A stretch of DNA of 63,643 nt, the filler included, from Licmophora abbreviata (lineage: Eukaryota): NCBI GenBank assembly GCA_900291995.1. It is 12 parts of 12 records of this genome, joined end to end, with 100 filler letters (N's around TTAATTAATTAA, not from the genome) between each part and the next. Parts side by side here need not be neighbours in the genome. Positions count along the whole stretch, not along the records: positions 58,107 to 60,774 come from OLMU01004960.1; positions 60,875 to 63,643 come from OLMU01004961.1; 10 more parts are not named here. The stretch is one strand, 5' to 3'. Made by a program: the position numbers and the translations under genes. Below the pieces are notes generated by a model. The model saw nothing but the letters and a program-made list of their open reading frames with translations, ran no database searches and was not told the DNA's origin. Shown one piece after another: positions 58,007-63,643 of the stretch (positions are counted from its first letter, which is position 1; every line of letters starts with the position of its first letter).

Positions 58007-58106
58007 NNNNNNNNNNNNNNNNNNNNNNNNNNNNNNNNNNNNNNNNNNNNTTAATTAATTAANNNNNNNNNNNNNNNNNNNNNNNNNNNNNNNNNNNNNN
58101 NNNNNN

Positions 58107-58162
58107 CCCCAAATACTCCGGGGGTGAATTGGCCGCAGGCCAAGAGGGGGCAAGGCCCCCTC
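58107..58162. repeat. REP-like extragenic palindrome downstream of the mutase gene (possible terminator role)
   Basis: AAATACTCCGGGGG followed by hairpins TTGGCC-GCA-GGCCAA (58129-58143) and GAGGGGGC-AAG-GCCCCCTC (58144-58162), at a contig end. Confidence 0.65.
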
Positions 58163-58177
58163 CCGCCCGCGATCCTG

Positions 58178-60307
58178 TCAGCCCCGCGCCTCGCGGATGA
58201 GACGCAGGATATCCTGTGCCGCATCGGGAATGTTGGTGCCCGGGCCAAAGATCGCCTTGACGCCCGCCGCCTTGAGAAATTCGTAATCCTGCTGCGGGAT
58301 GACGCCGCCGCAGATCACGATGATATCGCTTGCATCCCTGGCCTTCAGCGCCTCGATCAGTTTGGGCGCCAGTGTCTTGTGGCCCGCCGCCTGGCTCGAG
58401 ATGCCGACCACATGCACATCATTGTCGATGGCGTCCTGCGCGGCCTCCTCGGGCGTCTGGAACAGCGGGCCCACATCCACGTCGAAGCCGATATCGGCAA
58501 AGGCCGTGGCGATCACCTTGGCGCCCCGGTCATGGCCGTCCTGCCCCATCTTGACCACCAGCATGCGCGGGCGGCGCCCCTCGGCCTCGGCGAAATCCTC
58601 GACCGATTTCTGGATCGCGGCAAAGCCGGCATCGCCCTCATAGGCGGCGCCATAGACACCGGCCAGCGTCTTGACCTCGGCGCGGTGCCGACCGAACTGC
58701 TTTTCCATCGCCATGCTGATTTCCCCCACGGATGCGCGTTGACGGGCGGCCTCGACCGCCGCCTCCAGTAGATTGCCGCCTTCGGCGGCGCGGCGCGTGA
58801 CCTCCTCGAGGGCCGCGGTGCAGGCGGCCTCGTCGCGGCTGGCGCGGATGTTCTCCAGCCGGGCGATCTGACTGTCGCGCACGGCGGAATTGTCGATATC
58901 CAGAAGGTCGATCGGGTCTTCCTTGTCGCGGCGATACTTGTTGACGCCCACGATCACCTCCTGACCGCGGTCGATCATCGCCTGCCGGGTGGCGGCACTT
59001 TCCTCGATGCGCAGCTTGGGCATGCCGCTTGCGACGGCCTTGGTCATGCCGCCCATCTCCTCGACCTCTTCCATCAACGCCCAGGCTTTCTCGGCCAGAT
59101 CCGCGGTCAGCTTCTCGACGTAATAGGATCCCGCCAGCGGATCGACCACCTTGGTTACGCCGGTTTCCTCCTGCAGGATCAGCTGGGTGTTGCGCGCGAT
59201 GCGGGCGCTGAAATCGGTGGGCAGGGCCATCGCCTCGTCCAGCGCATTGGTGTGCAGCGATTGCGTGCCGCCCAGAACCGCGCTCAGCGCCTCATAGGCG
59301 GTGCGCACGACGTTGTTGTAGGGGTCCTGCTCCTGCAAGGAAACGCCGCTGGTCTGGCAATGGGTGCGCAGCATTTTGGAGGTGTCGTTCTTGGCGCCGA
59401 ATTCGGTCATCACCCGGTGCCACAACAGACGCGCGGCGCGCAGCTTTGCGGCCTCCATGAAGAAATTCATCCCGATGGCGAAGAAGAACGACAGGCGCGG
59501 CGCGAAACGATCCACATCCATCCCCGCCGCGATTGCCGCGCGCACATATTCGCGCCCGTCGGCCAGAGTATAGGCCAGCTCCTGCACCAGGTTCGCGCCC
59601 GCCTCCTGCATATGGTAGCCCGAGATCGAGATCGAGTTGAAGCGCGGCATCTCGTTCGAGGTGTATTCGATGATGTCCGACACGATCCGCATCGACGGCT
59701 CGGGCGGGTAGATATAGGTGTTGCGCACCATGAATTCCTTGAGGATGTCGTTCTGGATGGTGCCCGACAGGTCCTTACGCGCCACACCCTGCTCCTCGCC
59801 GGCGACGATGTAATTGGCCAGCACCGGGATCACCGCGCCGTTCATCGTCATCGACACGCTGACCTGATCCAGCGGGATGCCGTCGAACAGGATCTTCATG
59901 TCCTCGACGCTGTCGATCGCCACACCGGCCTTGCCCACATCGCCCTCGACGCGCGGGTGATCGCTGTCATAGCCGCGATGGGTCGCCAGATCGAAGGCCA
60001 CCGATACGCCCTGCTGTCCCGCCGCAAGGTTGCGCCGGTAGAACGCGTTCGATTCCTCGGCGGTCGAGAAGCCGGCATATTGCCGGATCGTCCAGGGCCG
60101 TCCGGCATACATCGTCGCGCGCGGGCCGCGCGTGAACGGCGCCTGACCGGGGATCGAGCCCAGATGCTCCAGCCCCTCCAGATCCTCCTCGGTGTAAAGC
60201 GGCGCGATGTCGATCCCTTCGAGGGTCTTCCATGTCAGATCCTCCAACGGACGGCCCTTCAGCTCGGTCTCGGCGATCTTACGCCAGTCGTCTTTCTTCG
60301 ATCCCAT
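58178..60307 (-). CDS. scpA: Methylmalonyl-CoA mutase (adenosylcobalamin-dependent)
   Basis: [61 protein letters not shown] and B12-binding [18 protein letters not shown] before ATG 60307. Confidence 0.97.
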   Translation of the reverse strand: MGSKKDDWRKIAETELKGRPLEDLTWKTLEGIDIAPLYTEEDLEGLEHLGSIPGQAPFTRGPRATMYAGRPWTIRQYAGFSTAEESNAFYRRNLAAGQQGVSVAFDLATHRGYDSDHPRVEGDVGKAGVAIDSVEDMKILFDGIPLDQVSVSMTMNGAVIPVLANYIVAGEEQGVARKDLSGTIQNDILKEFMVRNTYIYPPEPSMRIVSDIIEYTSNEMPRFNSISISGYHMQEAGANLVQELAYTLADGREYVRAAIAAGMDVDRFAPRLSFFFAIGMNFFMEAAKLRAARLLWHRVMTEFGAKNDTSKMLRTHCQTSGVSLQEQDPYNNVVRTAYEALSAVLGGTQSLHTNALDEAMALPTDFSARIARNTQLILQEETGVTKVVDPLAGSYYVEKLTADLAEKAWALMEEVEEMGGMTKAVASGMPKLRIEESAATRQAMIDRGQEVIVGVNKYRRDKEDPIDLLDIDNSAVRDSQIARLENIRASRDEAACTAALEEVTRRAAEGGNLLEAAVEAARQRASVGEISMAMEKQFGRHRAEVKTLAGVYGAAYEGDAGFAAIQKSVEDFAEAEGRRPRMLVVKMGQDGHDRGAKVIATAFADIGFDVDVGPLFQTPEEAAQDAIDNDVHVVGISSQAAGHKTLAPKLIEALKARDASDIIVICGGVIPQQDYEFLKAAGVKAIFGPGTNIPDAAQDILRLIREARG

Positions 60308-61331
60308 TGCGGTGTCCTCTTGTCGTCTGACCGACGGACGGATGTGTCCCCGCCTTGGCCGGTCCGGTTTTCTCGAATAGTGTCGCAAGCCCATCCGCCC
60401 CGGCGCGCAGCCAGAACAGATCGTCTGCATATACTTTGCTCAGCGCAGCGCTTTGCGCCGGGGTAAAGGGCTGCCAGCGCGCGTCATCTTCGCCCTCGCC
60501 CAATCGGGCGGGATCGCCGCCGCGGGCCGCCACCGCCCGGCGCAGATCGGCCAGCATCGGCGCGCGGTTGAGCCAGTCGCGCGCATGAGTGCGCGGCATC
60601 TCTGCCTCCGGGCGGCCGGTCATGACCGCAAGCCGATGCGCCGGGTGGCCCGCACTTTGTTCATGGGTCAGCACGATGATGTCGGCGCCGGGCAAGGCGC
60701 AGGCCAGATCGGTGATGACATCGCGCCAGCTGCGCGGGCTCGAAGCCAACGTCGCGATCTGCGCCGCAAGCGGGNNNNNNNNNNNNNNNNNNNNNNNNNN
60801 NNNNNNNNNNNNNNNNNNTTAATTAATTAANNNNNNNNNNNNNNNNNNNNNNNNNNNNNNNNNNNNNNNNNNNNGCGGGATCCGGTGCCCGCGCAACACC
60901 GCATAGGCCAGCACCGAAGCCCAGTACCTGTCCAGCCCGCGCACACTCAGCACCACACGGCTCACGCGACCGCCGAACGCCTCGGCAAAGCGCGCCATGC
61001 GCAGACCGGCGCCCGCGTAAAGCGCACCATCGCGCAGGTTACGGCGCGGCGCGCCCAGCATGTTCTCGTCGCTGATCAGAAGCACCGCCATGCCCGCCGC
61101 CTCCGCCTTGTGCAGATGAAGTGCGATGCGCCCGCGCGCACGGCTCAACTGGCCCGCCGCATCGCGCCGGCCCGGCTCGGAAATCACGCCGCTCAGCAGC
61201 CCGTCGCGCGTCTTGCGCGGCTCCCAGACCTCAATGCCGCCACGGCCGAGCACGCCCGCATTGCGCCGCAGGTAATGCTGCAGGCTGGTCGAGGCGGTCC
61301 GATGTGCCCCCAGATGCAGAATGATCTCCAT
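60279..61331 (-). CDS. Conserved hypothetical protein with sulfotransferase/P-loop-like N-terminus, spanning the last spacer
   Basis: [21 protein letters not shown]...[10 protein letters not shown]; after the gap [13 protein letters not shown]...WQPF...[15 protein letters not shown]. Confidence 0.7.
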
Positions 61332-61506
61332 GATGTCACAGCCCCTTTGCCGGTCACCCGCCCGATGCGGATTGGAAAGCCCGTTCTGATCCCATGCTGC
61401 GCGCGCAAAACTGAGGATGGGATTAACGTTCGAATTTTCCGTGACCTCGGGGTATTCAGTCTTCGCAATTGTCCGTATCGATCCTATATCTTGTCCGACA
61501 GGAGCG

Positions 61507-61965
61507 ATGATGCAGAAGATATTTGCCTTTCTTTTCATGGCCGTTCTGGCCATTCCCGCCACTGCCCAACAGGCGGAGGATACGAACGGCATGTTCGATC
61601 CGCAGATCGTCTTTTCCAGCGACGAGGCGGATTTGAGCGAGTTTTTATGGATAAAACGTCCGCTGATCGTGTTTGCCGACACGCCTGCCGATCCGCGGTA
61701 TATCCAGCAGATGGAATATATCTCGCAGCGGCTTGACGATCTGGACGCGCGCGATGTCATCGTTCTGACCGATACCGACCCTTCGGCCAACAGCGATCTG
61801 CGCCGCAAGTTCCGGCCGCGCGGCTTCATGCTGGTGCTGACCGGCAAGGACGGCACGATATATCTGCGCAAGCCGTTTCCCTGGGATGTGCGGGAAATCT
61901 CGCGCACCATCGACAAGCTGCCCACCCGCCAGCAGGAAATGCGCGAGCGCGGCGGCGGCAGCTGA
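61507..61965 (+). CDS. DUF4174 domain secreted protein
   Basis: Signal peptide; LSEFLWIKRPLIVFADTPADPRY, LRRKFRPRGFMLVLTGKDG and IDKLPTRQQEM; RBS AGGAG. Confidence 0.85.
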   Translation: MMQKIFAFLFMAVLAIPATAQQAEDTNGMFDPQIVFSSDEADLSEFLWIKRPLIVFADTPADPRYIQQMEYISQRLDDLDARDVIVLTDTDPSANSDLRRKFRPRGFMLVLTGKDGTIYLRKPFPWDVREISRTIDKLPTRQQEMRERGGGS

Positions 61966-61978
61966 CAACGCGCCGCCA

Positions 61979-62506
61979 TCATCCCGCCCCCATCGCCACG
62001 ACCAGCAGGCCGCTATCGGGATCGAGAATGATGATCGTGCCGCTGACCGCATCCCAAGCCAGAACGCCGCGCCGGTTCTGTAGCGCGCGCAGGAATGCAT
62101 CCTCCATCGGCGCGCTCATGCACACCCGCCCTTCCAGGGCGGCGCGGCGCATGGCCATGCCCCGAGGGCGGTCGATATCGACCAGCGCGACCAACCCCTC
62201 ATCAGGTGACACACCGCGCGTATCGAGTGCCGCGCGCCCCTGACGATCAAGCTGCTGCAGCATGGCGCGCACCCCCGATACCAGCGGCATCTGCGCCTTC
62301 ACATCGGCAGCACTCAGCCGGAACATCGCTGCCGCACAATCGCGCTCGGCCTGAAAGGCCAGGGTCTCCGCGATGGAAAACCACTCCGCCAGCCGCGCGC
62401 GCAGCACCGCCTCATCCTCGCGGGTGCAGGCCCCGGTAAGACCCAAACAGACCAGCGCCAAAGGCACCAGCCGCCCAGCCCGGATATGACCCGCGAAGCG
62501 TATCAT
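61979..62506 (-). CDS. Putative lipoprotein
   Basis: Basic N-terminus, hydrophobic stretch and lipobox LTGAC; its start overlaps the Mrr stop (ATGA). Confidence 0.7.
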   Translation of the reverse strand: MIRFAGHIRAGRLVPLALVCLGLTGACTREDEAVLRARLAEWFSIAETLAFQAERDCAAAMFRLSAADVKAQMPLVSGVRAMLQQLDRQGRAALDTRGVSPDEGLVALVDIDRPRGMAMRRAALEGRVCMSAPMEDAFLRALQNRRGVLAWDAVSGTIIILDPDSGLLVVAMGAG

Positions 62507-63402
62507 TCGAAGAAACTCTCCTCAAAGACAGAAATCTTGAAAACCTCCGACACCCGGCACCCAACTTCATGAGCGACCATCAGCCTTGCTAAGTGCGGCC
62601 CATCAATCAGAACAATCCGAGCCCCAAGTTTCTCTGCAGTGCTGCGCGCATTGGGACTAAATGACGAAGTCGTCACGAAAATTCCCTTGGTGACATCCTT
62701 CAAGCCCAATGCGCCGTAAAAATCGCGGATGGCACCGGACCCTATCGGATTCGACACTGCATACCTTTTGGCTTGCACATAAACTTGATCCACACCCAAA
62801 GGATCAAGATTGATCACGCCATCGACACCGTCATCGCCTGATCGACCCAAAACTCTAGCCGACTGTGTGCCGGATCCATAACCCATCTTAATCAATAGAT
62901 CGACAATCACAGCTTCAAAGAATGCGGGGTCACTGTTTCTGAGGCGCTCCAGAATATCGGCTGCAAGCGCATCGTTGATCTGCTGGTAGGCAATGCGCAT
63001 CGCTTCATCAGGCGTCGTTTCGCCTTGCGCCAAGCTATCCTGAGCGGCACTGCCGTTTGTGTTGGTGCGAGATTTGAATTCCACGAATTGATCAAAACGC
63101 TCAAGGTATTTGGCGTCGATTTCTTCTGGATTGGCCTGCAAAACGCGACGTCCTTCCTCGGTGATTGCGAAGTGACCCCTTCTAGTGTTGCGAACCAGAC
63201 CTGCTTGTTTCAAATAACTCTTCGCCCAATGGACGCGATTTGCGAAACGCGTTTGCTTGCCGCTTGGCAAGAGTTCCGACTTTTCTTCCTCGGTGAGCGC
63301 AAATGTTGTTTCCAGCTGACTGACCGCGTCTGAGATTTTTGTCTCGCCAGTCGCGGCCAGTTCAAGCACCGGTTTCATCAAGGTTTGATAGTCGGGGATC
63401 AT
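62503..63402 (-). CDS. mrr: Mrr-family type IV (modification-dependent) restriction endonuclease
   Basis: Mrr N-terminal IPDYQTLMKPVL...LLPSGKQ..F.NRV.WAKSYLKQAGL...RGHF.IT..G; catalytic FFE..IVDLL..MGYG, SGDDGVDGVI..DPLG...VYVQAKRY, KGIFVTTS.F and IVLIDG. Confidence 0.93.
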   Translation of the reverse strand: MIPDYQTLMKPVLELAATGETKISDAVSQLETTFALTEEEKSELLPSGKQTRFANRVHWAKSYLKQAGLVRNTRRGHFAITEEGRRVLQANPEEIDAKYLERFDQFVEFKSRTNTNGSAAQDSLAQGETTPDEAMRIAYQQINDALAADILERLRNSDPAFFEAVIVDLLIKMGYGSGTQSARVLGRSGDDGVDGVINLDPLGVDQVYVQAKRYAVSNPIGSGAIRDFYGALGLKDVTKGIFVTTSSFSPNARSTAEKLGARIVLIDGPHLARLMVAHEVGCRVSEVFKISVFEESFFE

Positions 63403-63406
63403 CTGA

Positions 63407-63643
63407 TCACTCGAACTCCATGATCACTTCATCCACCGCAAGGCTGTCGCCCGGACCGGCATGGATCTTGGTGACAATGGCCTTCTTCTCGGCCCGCAGG
63501 ATGTTTTCCATCTTCATCGCCTCCACGGTACACAGCGCCTGGCCTTCCTGAACCTCGTCGCCTTCGGCCACATTGACCTTCACAATCAGGCCCGGCATCG
63601 GACACAGCAGCAGCTTGGATGTATCAGGCGGCAGTTTCTCGGG
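63407..63643 (-). CDS. pccA: Propionyl-CoA carboxylase alpha subunit, C-terminal biotin-carrier domain (partial)
   Basis: PEKLPPDTSKLLLCPMPGLIV...GQALCTVEAMKMENILRAE...LAVDEVIMEFE*; AMKM biotinylation motif; context next to the mutase. Confidence 0.88.
   Translation of the reverse strand, partial: PEKLPPDTSKLLLCPMPGLIVKVNVAEGDEVQEGQALCTVEAMKMENILRAEKKAIVTKIHAGPGDSLAVDEVIMEFE

Noticed and set aside
47373..60466. Long antisense ORFs (47373-48404, 50065-51222, 51525-52622, 53068-53928, 59252-60466)
   Set aside because: They are shadow frames of well-identified high-GC genes and have no recognisable motifs.
47373..63643. Large bacterium-to-diatom horizontal transfer
   Set aside because: The junction is an artificial gap, and the genes show no amelioration, introns or decay and keep bacterial operon structure. 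Co-assembly is the simpler explanation.

Overview
This window is a scaffold of contigs joined by eleven identical 100-nt spacers (N44-TTAATTAATTAA-N44), and it is chimeric. Bases 1-47272 are a compact eukaryotic genome with short GT-AG introns and a diatom-like gene set: eS12, two HSF transcription factors, a USP+Tudor protease, a plastid-targeted DUF1350 protein, a double GT32 glycosyltransferase, vWA, WD40, AlkD, PP1 inhibitor-2, MsrA, a TDT/SLAC1 channel, ARM and ankyrin proteins, and a decayed gamma-COP fragment. Bases 47373-63643 are intron-free, high-GC alphaproteobacterial (Rhodobacteraceae/Roseobacter-like) DNA: proS, a pentapeptide-repeat protein, AI-2E, ppk, ppx, EEP nuclease, djlA-like, GNAT, VOC, methylmalonyl-CoA mutase, DUF4174, Mrr and the pccA C-terminus. 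The strongest signals are (i) a 112-bp TA-flanked double-hairpin miniature element inserted in frame, with a stop codon, into a small DUF1328 gene between ppk and ppx, which the ORF track misses; (ii) a lower-GC Mrr nuclease translationally embedded in the pccA-mutase cluster; and (iii) the eukaryote/bacterium junction, which lies exactly at an artificial gap and is most likely a co-assembled phycosphere bacterium rather than HGT. All family calls come from motif recognition by eye; no searches were run.
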